Source of the DNA: a virus
Lineage: Duplodnaviria; Caudoviricetes
Strand: one strand, 5' to 3'
DNA length: 26,292 bases
IMG/VR virus record: IMGVR_UViG_3300029183_000040
Location: 1 to 26,292 of that record
Part shown: piece by piece, positions 1-7,954 of the stretch
Layout: the number at the start of each line of letters is the position of its first letter
Position numbering within the stretch: the stretch's first letter is position 1
Notes under the pieces: model-generated
The model's database searches: none
What the model was told of the DNA's origin: nothing
The model's input: the letters and a program-made list of their open reading frames with translations, nothing else
Made by a program: the position numbers and the translations under genes

Positions 1-17
1 GTTTCCCAGTCACGATC
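1..17 (+). other. Amplification primer/adapter tag (artefact)
   Basis: GTTTCCCAGTCACGATC is the M13-derived random-amplification tag; its exact reverse complement ends the window. Confidence 0.92.
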
Positions 18-35
18 GAGGGGAGGGAGGCGTGA

Positions 36-286
36 GTGGAACTATTGGCGGAGGCACTAAAGGATCTACCGGGGTGGGCTCAGGCGGTGATCTTGGGCCT
101 CGTGGGCGCACTCGCGGCCGTGTGGAGGAGCCTCGTAAGAGCGAACAGGGCCTACGTCAACCTGGCGGAGAAACTGGTCTCTATGACTGGGTCAACCCGT
201 GGCGGCGGGCCAAACAGCTCCAACCCTCCGTCGACCGAGCAATAGATAGACTAGAGAAGATGGCCCAAGAGATGAAGCATGGGTGA
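36..286 (+). CDS. Small membrane protein (TM + coiled coil, holin-like), apparently split by frameshift(s) near 195-212
   Basis: GGAGG RBS before GTG at 36 and a TM segment (AVILGLVGALAAVW). The natural-looking C-terminus (DRAIDRLEKMAQEMKHG) lies in the 32..286 frame and overlaps the next ATG. Confidence 0.5.
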
Positions 287-557
287 AATTCTAGCATTCT
301 TGATGCTCCCGGTCGCGCTATCTGTGCTGACCTTCACCCTAGCTAAAGCCTGGCGAAGGTCAAACAACGGCGGATGGGGCATTTCCGCACTTCTCATAGG
401 AGAATGGGCGATATACCGATGGTACTGGGCAGTCCCTTACCTATGGGGCCTGCATTGGTCCCAATGGGGGCACGATTGGTTCATCGACACATGTGTGTTT
501 GCCATGGGGGCCACCTCAGGGTGGCTAATCTGGTATCTCTATCGCAGGCATATATAA
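279..557 (+). CDS. Hypothetical membrane protein (about 3 TM segments, Trp-rich)
   Basis: Three hydrophobic segments; start overlaps the upstream ORF. Confidence 0.65.
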   Translation: MGEILAFLMLPVALSVLTFTLAKAWRRSNNGGWGISALLIGEWAIYRWYWAVPYLWGLHWSQWGHDWFIDTCVFAMGATSGWLIWYLYRRHI

Positions 558-845
558 GAATTCGACTTCCACACCTGAACAGACCAAGATCCTTTCGGCC
601 AGACACTGATCCTCGTACCAGTAGCTCGAAGGGTCTGGTCTGGGCGCTACCACCTTGTGGATGCCTGCCTGCTTGGCTTTCATGATCGCGGAGACCTCAG
701 CATGCACGTTCCAAGACCGGGCCTTGTCCTTGGCACCTAGGTGATGGTCTATGGGCTCCAGACCACGGGCTGGGCGCGATATGCCTACAGTTGCGCATTC
801 ACTGCTACCCGGATACAGGAGGCAGGCCATCTGGATACGGCTCAC
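525..845 (-). CDS. Degenerate dCMP deaminase-like protein (HAE kept, PCxxC missing)
   Basis: VHAEVSAI and QAGIHKVVAP...W...AERIL..SGVEV resemble phage dCMP deaminases; GTGA overlap with the upstream stop. Confidence 0.6.
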   Translation of the reverse strand: MSRIQMACLLYPGSSECATVGISRPARGLEPIDHHLGAKDKARSWNVHAEVSAIMKAKQAGIHKVVAPRPDPSSYWYEDQCLAERILVCSGVEVEFLYMPAIEIPD

Positions 846-1120
846 TCCTTAATCTCTCGGATTTGCTCGCGTACGCGGCCGTAGTCCAGGATGAGGCGGA
901 GCAGAGCGCTGCATTCGTGGTCGATGGCGTTGCGGTCGCAGGGCTCTCCCAGCACACCGGTTTCCTCGGCCGCGAGGTCTAAAAACTCTTGGGAGTAGTG
1001 GTAATGGGTAGGGGATATGGAGATGGTCACGACCTGACGGTCAGAACCCCCCGCGGCGCATGCGCCCAGCAGTATCAGCCCGACCGCGCTCAGGAACATT
1101 CCCAACCCGAATGGCCACAT
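842..1120 (-). CDS. Lipoprotein, putative o-spanin (Rz1-like)
   Basis: Hydrophobic signal ending in lipobox LLGA-C; 5' end overlaps the preceding gene in another frame. Start is uncertain (1183, 1120 or 1099). Confidence 0.6.
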   Translation of the reverse strand: MWPFGLGMFLSAVGLILLGACAAGGSDRQVVTISISPTHYHYSQEFLDLAAEETGVLGEPCDRNAIDHECSALLRLILDYGRVREQIREIKE

Positions 1121-1268
1121 CGGCGGCCTCGACTGCCGCGTCTCGCTCTGTCTTAAGACGTCCTTCATTACGCATCGCCTCATTGCTGGCCTGGTCTCGG
1201 CGGCGTTGCCCCAAGGCAGAAAGCACCACCGAGACCAACGAGGAAAGGATTTTGGTAAGCCAGGACAT
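1041..1268 (-). CDS. Putative i-spanin (Rz-like)
   Basis: N-terminal hydrophobic anchor plus charged helical tail; TGATG coupling at 1268; overlaps the lipoprotein gene. Confidence 0.55.
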   Translation of the reverse strand: MSWLTKILSSLVSVVLSALGQRRRDQASNEAMRNEGRLKTERDAAVEAADVAIRVGNVPERGRADTAGRMRRGGF

Positions 1269-1495
1269 CAGACCGTGGTATCGACCCGAGCAGCCGCCTG
1301 CCTAACTGCGTTCTGGGTGATAGCGGCCCGCCGGTTCTTGTATTCGACGCCCCAGTCGGCGAGAGCTTCGATCGCGTTGTCGTCGAGCTGCGTTTTAGTG
1401 CTCTTGACAACCTTCTCCAGCCTCATCATGACCCACCCGATGAGCGCCACCAGAAGCGGCACAAGCAGGTCGATTAATTCACTCAGGATTTCCAT
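1268..1495 (-). CDS. Putative holin-like single-TM protein
   Basis: GGAG RBS before ATG at 1495 (MEILSELIDLLVPLLVALIGWVMM); one TM plus charged C-terminus; lies upstream of the spanin-like pair. Confidence 0.55.
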   Translation of the reverse strand: MEILSELIDLLVPLLVALIGWVMMRLEKVVKSTKTQLDDNAIEALADWGVEYKNRRAAITQNAVRQAAARVDTTV

Positions 1496-1529
1496 GGTTC
1501 GCTCCGGTTCAGCTGTTCTATCCTCTCCG

Positions 1530-1558
1530 AGGTTATCAGAACCCCGGCCCTTTGTAAA
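1530..1558 (-). promoter_or_regulatory. Sigma70-like promoter upstream of the holin/spanin-like genes
   Basis: TTTACA-17 bp-TAACCT on the minus strand in the 1496-1620 gap. Confidence 0.45.
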
Positions 1559-1620
1559 TGATCGACGATGGCCGCATTTTTCAGGCGTACAGACATGCGG
1601 AGTGTGCCCTCTGGTGTCTT

Positions 1621-3258
1621 TCATTCTGCCCTCCATCTGCCATCTTTGATAGTGATTAGAGTACGCTTTCCATTGGGGTAAATCAAGGCGTTGGTGTGTG
1701 ACCAGCTACTCGGGCCCTTGTTGTATCCCAGGCGTAGCCTTGATAGGGTCCCCACCTGGTAGGCTCCATCCTGTATGCCCGCGGAGTGGCTGTGGCCGAC
1801 GATGGAACGGACGCCCATACGGGCGAACCCTGCAAGCGTGCCTCGCGATCCGTTAGCCCCTCTGTGACCGTGCATGCCGCACTCCACCCCTGCGAGTACA
1901 AGGCTCTCGTCCTCGCCAAGGAAACTCGCCCCTGACCAGTCCAGAGCCTCTTGGAGGAAGGGTTCGGGGGCTCCATCCCTTACATGCCGGTAGCGATTTG
2001 CCTGCATTTTAAACCACGTCGGGGCATTCCTGATGTCTTTCTTGTAATCGAACTGGTCGAGCCATCGGGTTAGATGATCGTCGTGATTGGAATTGACTAT
2101 GTGGATCGGGGTGGGGTTAACTTGTTCTTGGATATATACTAGCTCGTTTCGGCATATACTTAGCTCATGGCCCACGTCATCTTGGTCCAGAAGCGCTCGA
2201 TGGTAGCGAAGAGAGTGGTTGTCCAGCTCGTGGGGGCTGCCCGCGAATATATCAAGGACGTCGTGCAGTACCACGTGCTCAGCCACGAGTACTTTAGCCA
2301 TGCGGATCGAGGCCTCTAAAGCCACCAGATTGTGCCTGGGGAGATGCAGATCCCCAAACACCGCCCCATGGACGTGCCCGGAGAATACCTCTCCGGAATT
2401 TGCGTGAACCCCCAGATCTTGAAAGTCTCCATTCCTATCCGCAATGATCTGCCGGCAGAACCACCGGCCATCCGCATCGACCTCGACCAGCAGGGCCCCG
2501 AATACATGGTGGAATTCTGCCTTCTGACCAGCAGTTCGCTGAACGTAGTTCATACGAGTGAGGGCTCCTGTCGTGTAGAGCATCTTAACCGGCGTGCCCG
2601 AGGGCATGGCAATGGACTTCATCGCCACCTTGGTGTGGGGGAAAATCCCGGATGCCGATCCGCCGTATCCGTCCCTCCCAGATAGCGGAGTGGCTGCCGT
2701 GGGCATGATATCTGCATCCCCGTAGAACATTAGCCCATCAGCGAGATGCACCCGCTGGTCACAAAACCAATGCTCCGGTATGGAAGGGTCCCAAGACGCA
2801 GTAACCCGGTTGCCCGCCCCGGCCTTGGATGAGCGCTTCCCCTGACGGCGCTCGTGCTCTTCACCCCAATAGGTGCATCGGGACACCATGACCTCGGCGT
2901 CCATATGCTCAGCAAAGGCGGCAAGGTTCTGCACGAAGCCCGCGTGGACCTTGGTGTTGTTCTGGGCCACGGTCAAGAGATACCGTCGGATGCCCTCTTT
3001 ATGCCTCTTGACCTCGACCCTGGTCTCGACGTCGTCGTCCCCTTCCGACATCTCAGGCTCGGGTGTACCCTCGATTTTCAGGTTCTCATCCCACACTTCC
3101 TTGATGGCCCGGAGCAGGTGCCACCCGTACACGTCCAGACGGTGCATGCCCTTGAGGCTCATGCAGTTTTTGCGATCCTCGTACCAAGCCAGCATGTCTC
3201 CAGTTACTTTGTCTTTGAGCTTGTACATGTATTCTACGTGTTTTTGACCCTCAGGCAC
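1621..3258 (-). CDS. A1: T5 A1-like protein (calcineurin-like metallophosphoesterase / putative DNase)
   Basis: Metallophosphoesterase motifs GDLH, HD, SNHD, HGH and GHSH, plus blocks recalled from T5 A1 (AQNNT, NY.Q..AGQKAE.H, NGSRG, GYN.G.SSW, Y.NG.RTLI). AGGAGG RBS. Confidence 0.8.
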   Translation of the reverse strand: MPEGQKHVEYMYKLKDKVTGDMLAWYEDRKNCMSLKGMHRLDVYGWHLLRAIKEVWDENLKIEGTPEPEMSEGDDDVETRVEVKRHKEGIRRYLLTVAQNNTKVHAGFVQNLAAFAEHMDAEVMVSRCTYWGEEHERRQGKRSSKAGAGNRVTASWDPSIPEHWFCDQRVHLADGLMFYGDADIMPTAATPLSGRDGYGGSASGIFPHTKVAMKSIAMPSGTPVKMLYTTGALTRMNYVQRTAGQKAEFHHVFGALLVEVDADGRWFCRQIIADRNGDFQDLGVHANSGEVFSGHVHGAVFGDLHLPRHNLVALEASIRMAKVLVAEHVVLHDVLDIFAGSPHELDNHSLRYHRALLDQDDVGHELSICRNELVYIQEQVNPTPIHIVNSNHDDHLTRWLDQFDYKKDIRNAPTWFKMQANRYRHVRDGAPEPFLQEALDWSGASFLGEDESLVLAGVECGMHGHRGANGSRGTLAGFARMGVRSIVGHSHSAGIQDGAYQVGTLSRLRLGYNKGPSSWSHTNALIYPNGKRTLITIKDGRWRAE

Positions 3259-3267
3259 CGCTGCCTC

Positions 3268-3780
3268 CTACATAAGCTTGAATTCGTGGACCCGCCGGAT
3301 GTGCTCCGCCATGAGCATCGCCTCCGCACGGTCGGCATGCTTCTTGAGGGACCAACGTTCATCTTCGCCCCAGATATCCGTCGCCTTGTCCAAGCTGCTC
3401 TGTTTGGCGCTGGTGACCCCCATGGCGCGTTTCCAGGCCTGGGGGTAGGGCTCTACAATCTCATGGACCAAGGGGGCGAGCACGCCGATAGCAACACCTT
3501 TGGTCACTCCGAAACGGAACCCTGAAACACTGCCTTGGCCTGGACGAGCCCCCACATTCTCCACAACGCCTATGACATTCCACGCCCTGGCAGGGCACGG
3601 GTCGCCAATGGCCAGGTGGATGCAGGTGTACAGAGCTATGGCGTGGATATGACGCTTGCCATCTACCCCGTCATAGGTCGGCATATCGTCAACATGATGC
3701 AGACTGCCATCTGAATTCAGAACCGCCCAGGCTCCATCCAGGCCAGGGTCGATGCCAATGGTGATGAACCCCCTATTCAT
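3268..3780 (-). CDS. RuvC-like Holliday junction resolvase
   Basis: IGIDPG, VVE, FRFG...G, PQAWK and DRAEA motifs; ATGA coupling at 3777-3780. Confidence 0.85.
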   Translation of the reverse strand: MNRGFITIGIDPGLDGAWAVLNSDGSLHHVDDMPTYDGVDGKRHIHAIALYTCIHLAIGDPCPARAWNVIGVVENVGARPGQGSVSGFRFGVTKGVAIGVLAPLVHEIVEPYPQAWKRAMGVTSAKQSSLDKATDIWGEDERWSLKKHADRAEAMLMAEHIRRVHEFKLM

Positions 3781-3917
3781 GGGCATCCGCCCAAGGAGGG
3801 CCCAAGAATGGTTTCAATAGCCACCAGGCTCACCACGGTCGTGATGAACGCGGCCAACATCATGCTCCCAATCAGCCCTAGTAACACGACTATTTTCGGT
3901 ATCTCTTGCCAGTCCAT
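3777..3917 (-). CDS. Small membrane protein, 46 aa (not in ORF track)
   Basis: MDWQEIPKIVVLLGLIGSMMLAAFITTVVSLVAIETILGPSLGGCP; AGGAGG RBS; overlaps the polymerase end; its stop is coupled to the resolvase ATG. Confidence 0.65.
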   Translation of the reverse strand: MDWQEIPKIVVLLGLIGSMMLAAFITTVVSLVAIETILGPSLGGCP

Positions 3918-6070
3918 CCATCGCCTCCTATTGGCCAGTCCTGCGCCCACTCCGGGGCCTGGATCATTACGGATTTGAAATGATCCTTGTCGCCCAGGCC
4001 ACGAAGCTCCGAGAGAGCTTCATCGTGGGTGGACAAGAGTAGATGGTAGCCTGCTTCATCCAGATTGATCAAGGAGAATGCGAGAAGGTCTCGAGCGATG
4101 GCCTGGACCACGTTTTCTGTGATCATCCCGCCGTACAGTCGGACCTTCCGCCACTGTCCATCCTTCTGCATCATAAAGGAGACGCCAAGCTGTTCCTCGA
4201 CTTCTGGGCAGGGCTCTGGGTACTCTGTCCCCCACGCAGCCTGCCACTCCGCCTTTGCTTCCGCCCATTCCTCTCGCGCCACCCGAGACCATGGGGCCTC
4301 TTGCAGGCTTAATGATGGGCAGGGGTAGTGCATCAGCCGGCCGCTGGGCAGGCGTGCGATCAGGTAGGGAATGGTGTTGATGGTCTCCGTCCAGAAACGG
4401 ACGCCTTCCACCTCCGTCACCACGCCTTGCTGAACCGCCTTGATTACGGCATTGTTGAGCCGGGTCCAGAGAGACTTCACCCGAGGTGCGTATTCTTTTC
4501 GATAGGTATCAACGGCGAGCTGAGCGGTCTCCATATCCATGTCGATGCCCATGCCCTCTGCATAGGCCACCAGAGCCTTCGCCCCCATCTGGTACCCCAG
4601 TCCGAGAATAGCGGCCTTGCCTGCGCTGTACTCCTGCGGATGGGTGTGTTTCCCGACTTCGTACCCGTACATCTGGGAAGCGAAGATGCAGTACAGCTTC
4701 CGCCCGGCTCGAATGTCCTCGATGGCGTTGTCTTGCCCCGCCAGGCAAAACAGCACAACGCTCTCGATCGATGTGAAGTCGCAGCAGACGAACTGTTGGC
4801 CGTACCCGGCCTTGAGCATGTGACGGACTGCCGAGACCAGCACTCCTATAGGGTCCCCTTCGCCGACCGCGGACAACCATTCCACCTCTTTTCGAGTGAT
4901 GAGATCAATTAAAACGTCCGGGTCCGTGTCCTCTAACCAAGGGAGTGGCCTCGGAAGGTTCTGGGGCTGCAGCAGCCGGCCCGCCCAGCGCCCGCTGTGG
5001 GCAGCGTGGTACTGCAGGAGCCCTCGCATACGCCCGTCCTTCATGGTCGCTCTGAGGGCCATGTAGAGCTTCTTGACGCTCGACCGACCAACCTGCTTAC
5101 GCAGCTCCAGGACGCGCCGGACATCCGCCGGCAGCTCCCGCTTCAAGCAGGCTTCAACCGTGTCAGCCCGAAGGTCTGGTAGAACCAGGCCGGCGCTCTT
5201 GCACCATGCGAGGATGTTGTCTCTCTGGTTCAAGGTCTGCACTTCATCGTCGGTAAGAACCTTTACTTCCTCTACTGCCTTCTCTTCGATCTTTTCGAAC
5301 ATTTCGATAGCAGCTTTGGCAGCCTTGGTATCGATGCCCACGCCGCGTGCGTTCATCTTCTGGTCCAGAAACCAGAGCTTCAGCTCGTCAGGGGGCAGCC
5401 ACTCGCCGTCAGCCTGTTTCAGCAGGTGGTAGGCATCGATCTCCGCCCGGACATCTTGGGCGCAGTAGTCACACAGGTCCTGTAACAGATCGGGCGAATT
5501 GTTCCAGTAGTACGGTCTTACCCCCTTGCCGAGGTCGAGCCACATAACGCCAGGGGCTGTGATCATGCCCTGGCTCTGAAGAAATAGCTTTGCCTCAGCC
5601 GGGGGCATCCCCATTGTCTCTTTCAACCATTTCTGCGTAACTCCTTGCGGCTTCGACAACTTTTTCAAGAGCGCCTTGCCGGTATCGGCCTTGATGTTCC
5701 CCTTGTTGACGGCCTTGCCGAACGCGTCGAGGCCGAGCGGCATGCTCCGGTAGGCAGCGGAGGCCATGGTGTCACGCCATTGCTCATTGGTGATCGAAGG
5801 AGCCCCGTGCTGGGGCACCATCTTAAGCTCCCACACCGCCCGCTCGAATGCGACGTTCCAGGCAGAGACCAACCCCCCGGCTTCGATGTGGCGGTACAGC
5901 CTCGCGAGGACGTGGTCATTGACGCCAGGACGCCAGACCTCAACATCCTCAGCGTTTGACCCGACAGCCAGGCAGAGGACCTCACAGCTCGCATGCTCCG
6001 CATATCGCCAAGAGCCTACCTGCTTGATGTCCAGGGTGCAACGGGTTTCGAAGTCGATGCAGAGATGCAT
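3890..6070 (-). CDS. Family A DNA polymerase with 3'-5' exonuclease (APSE-type)
   Basis: DFETR (ExoI), AWNVAFE, YCAQDV, SGRWAGRLLQPQNLPR, motif A DFTSIE, motif B GKAAILGLGY, motif C HDE; TGATG-coupled start at 6070. Confidence 0.95.
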   Translation of the reverse strand: MHLCIDFETRCTLDIKQVGSWRYAEHASCEVLCLAVGSNAEDVEVWRPGVNDHVLARLYRHIEAGGLVSAWNVAFERAVWELKMVPQHGAPSITNEQWRDTMASAAYRSMPLGLDAFGKAVNKGNIKADTGKALLKKLSKPQGVTQKWLKETMGMPPAEAKLFLQSQGMITAPGVMWLDLGKGVRPYYWNNSPDLLQDLCDYCAQDVRAEIDAYHLLKQADGEWLPPDELKLWFLDQKMNARGVGIDTKAAKAAIEMFEKIEEKAVEEVKVLTDDEVQTLNQRDNILAWCKSAGLVLPDLRADTVEACLKRELPADVRRVLELRKQVGRSSVKKLYMALRATMKDGRMRGLLQYHAAHSGRWAGRLLQPQNLPRPLPWLEDTDPDVLIDLITRKEVEWLSAVGEGDPIGVLVSAVRHMLKAGYGQQFVCCDFTSIESVVLFCLAGQDNAIEDIRAGRKLYCIFASQMYGYEVGKHTHPQEYSAGKAAILGLGYQMGAKALVAYAEGMGIDMDMETAQLAVDTYRKEYAPRVKSLWTRLNNAVIKAVQQGVVTEVEGVRFWTETINTIPYLIARLPSGRLMHYPCPSLSLQEAPWSRVAREEWAEAKAEWQAAWGTEYPEPCPEVEEQLGVSFMMQKDGQWRKVRLYGGMITENVVQAIARDLLAFSLINLDEAGYHLLLSTHDEALSELRGLGDKDHFKSVMIQAPEWAQDWPIGGDGWTGKRYRK

Positions 6071-6660
6071 CAGAAACCGGCCCTCCTCATGCTCTCGTCT
6101 TGACGGACGCCCTGCATCCAAGCATAGACTTCTTGTGCCAGGTCGTCCAAGTCTCCGTTGTTGTCGATGATTACATCCGCCATCCAAGTCTCGATACCCA
6201 TAGAAGTCGAGGGCTCAGGAGGCAGAACCTTGCTGCGATCAACCCAAACGGTCAGGAAATCCAAATCCGGGGCCCTCTGGGCGGCATGCAGCTCCCGAGG
6301 ATTGCGACAGCCGGCATAGATGTCACACTGGGCAAATATCTTCCGGGTCAGCCGGGTGGGGTCCTCACGACCGTACTCGGCAATCGCTTCGTACCAGAAC
6401 TGTCGGGTCCGGTGACTGTGGTGCCGGTCTTCAAAGCAGTCCTCGATGGTCAGGCAAGTGTCTACGATGCGGCAAGCCTCCTCTTTCATCTCTTTGCTCA
6501 TGCCAGAGCCCCGCCACTTGGCCGCCCTCTCCCAAGCGACACCCGCGGCGATTTTGGAGCTGGTTGTCCACTGGTAATCCCAATCTCTAGCCAGGATCTC
6601 GCATACGGTGTCTTTGCCATGGCGCGCATGGCCGACGATCATCAGTTTGGTTTTAGGCAT
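6070..6660 (-). CDS. Deoxynucleoside monophosphate kinase-like P-loop protein
   Basis: N-terminal P-loop GHARHGKDT, R..NE-like segment (RNPRE), C-terminal ADVIIDNNG. Confidence 0.75.
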   Translation of the reverse strand: MPKTKLMIVGHARHGKDTVCEILARDWDYQWTTSSKIAAGVAWERAAKWRGSGMSKEMKEEACRIVDTCLTIEDCFEDRHHSHRTRQFWYEAIAEYGREDPTRLTRKIFAQCDIYAGCRNPRELHAAQRAPDLDFLTVWVDRSKVLPPEPSTSMGIETWMADVIIDNNGDLDDLAQEVYAWMQGVRQDESMRRAGF

Positions 6661-7303
6661 GCTGACCTCCGTTCGGGACCAAATACTTGAAGCTGATGGG
6701 CCAAACGGGTCTCAGCAAGGCGTCGATCTGTTCAGCGATCTGCTTGGTCTCCCCTTGGACGTCATCATGCTGGCGGATGTGGCACATGTTGGCCCAAGCG
6801 TAGAGAGTGCCGGTCCAGACCACCTTCGTATACACCCCGTAGGGCAGGACGAAGCGGGCTTGCTCAGGGGCGATCCCTTTGAGCAACATCCTGTCATAAA
6901 CGAACATGCAATGTTGCACGGCTTCCTCAAATTCAGCATCCACTATATGTCTGTCAGCCCCGACCAAAGACGCTCCGTGTGATGCCGTGGCCCGGGAATT
7001 CGTCTTGTAACGCCAGTCAGGCGTGTACACCTCTGTGATCCCTGTATGGTACCGCCGGCTGTATTCGTTGACACCAAAGCCCACGCGATGACGGTCAAGC
7101 TGGTGCCACACCGGCATAGGGGCATAGATCTCCAGGGTGGCGGAGCAGTGAAAGAATGGGCTCTTGTGTTGAGGATAACTGGTCGCCATCTTTTCAATAA
7201 GTTTTGTCGTCGCTTCTACAGAGGGCTGCCTATCGTGGTCGACGTAGGCTGCTTTGGCGACGTCTTCATCCGTTCCCGAATACCGTATCAATGTGGCTTC
7301 CAT
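6653..7303 (-). CDS. thyX: Flavin-dependent thymidylate synthase
   Basis: HKSPF, RHRx7S (RHRVGFGVNEYSRRY), GIAPEQARFVLP and R.....Q.E motifs; GAGGAG RBS. Confidence 0.93.
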   Translation of the reverse strand: MEATLIRYSGTDEDVAKAAYVDHDRQPSVEATTKLIEKMATSYPQHKSPFFHCSATLEIYAPMPVWHQLDRHRVGFGVNEYSRRYHTGITEVYTPDWRYKTNSRATASHGASLVGADRHIVDAEFEEAVQHCMFVYDRMLLKGIAPEQARFVLPYGVYTKVVWTGTLYAWANMCHIRQHDDVQGETKQIAEQIDALLRPVWPISFKYLVPNGGQHA

Positions 7304-7325
7304 CTCAATCTCCTCAATGAAGGGT

Positions 7326-7360
7326 AAAAAGGGGCGGATGACGGCGAAAACACCCGCCCC
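7326..7360 (-). terminator. Rho-independent terminator after the YadA-like gene
   Basis: GGGGCGG...CCGCCCC stem followed by TTTTT on the minus strand. Confidence 0.7.
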
Positions 7361-7406
7361 TAGTCAACTAGTCTTACCTCGCGAGGGCATTCAGCTCGCT
7401 GGAGTG

Positions 7407-7868
7407 CTAGAAGCTGAAATTCACCCCGAGGCGGCCGACGCGCTCGCTTGAGGCGGACGCAACGCCGACGAAAGCCGTGATTTGGTTCGGCAGCTTGGCA
7501 GCAAAGTTGATACCAATAGCACCTTCACCGCTGACGCCCGAGCCGATTGCGCTAACGGCGTACCGGTCACCTTCCTCGATATGGGGAACGGTCAGAGCTG
7601 CGCTGGCGGCGGCCCAGCGCTTGGCGCGGGTGCGGACGTCCTGAATGGCGTTCGCGTGGGCTTGGTCAGTGTCGGCTTGGCTCCGGAGCCGGCTGTCGAC
7701 CTCTTCGTAACCGTCCTTGAATGCGTCATACAGGCGGTCGATGTCGGCAGAGTTAGCGTGAATGTTCGCTTTGTTCTGGCGGATTTGATGGAACGGGCCG
7801 GCATCGGCCGGATCGGCAGCGGTGATAAGCAGGGCGGCAGCGGTCAGTGACATGAGAAAGGTTCGCAT
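7407..7868 (-). CDS. Minimal trimeric autotransporter (YadA-like anchor domain protein)
   Basis: Signal peptide MRTFLMSLTAAALL..ADA; coiled-coil stalk (I..N...I..N...I); AAASAAL.VP followed by four beta strands ending in FSF; GGAG RBS. Confidence 0.85.
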   Translation of the reverse strand: MRTFLMSLTAAALLITAADPADAGPFHQIRQNKANIHANSADIDRLYDAFKDGYEEVDSRLRSQADTDQAHANAIQDVRTRAKRWAAASAALTVPHIEEGDRYAVSAIGSGVSGEGAIGINFAAKLPNQITAFVGVASASSERVGRLGVNFSF

Positions 7869-7905
7869 GTGTTGGTTCTCCATGTGCTTGTGAAAAGAGG
7901 TTGGT

Positions 7906-7953
7906 GGGCGTGGATTACAAAGCCCCACTCCACGCCCTTGCCTGGGGAGGCAA
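7906..7953 (-). other. Tandem hairpins between SSB and YadA-like genes (possible terminator or processing site)
   Basis: GGGCGTGGA/TCCACGCCC 9-bp stem (7906-7937) and TTGCCT/AGGCAA stem (7938-7953). Confidence 0.5.
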
Positions 7954-7954
7954 C

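Noticed and set aside
1496-1636. 47-aa N-terminal extension of the holin-like ORF
   Set aside because: There is a better RBS at ATG 1495, and a promoter-like element lies within the extension.
2854-6690. Long plus-strand ORFs (2854-3525, 4328-4912, 6100-6690)
   Set aside because: Antisense shadows of well-supported minus-strand genes in GC-rich DNA.
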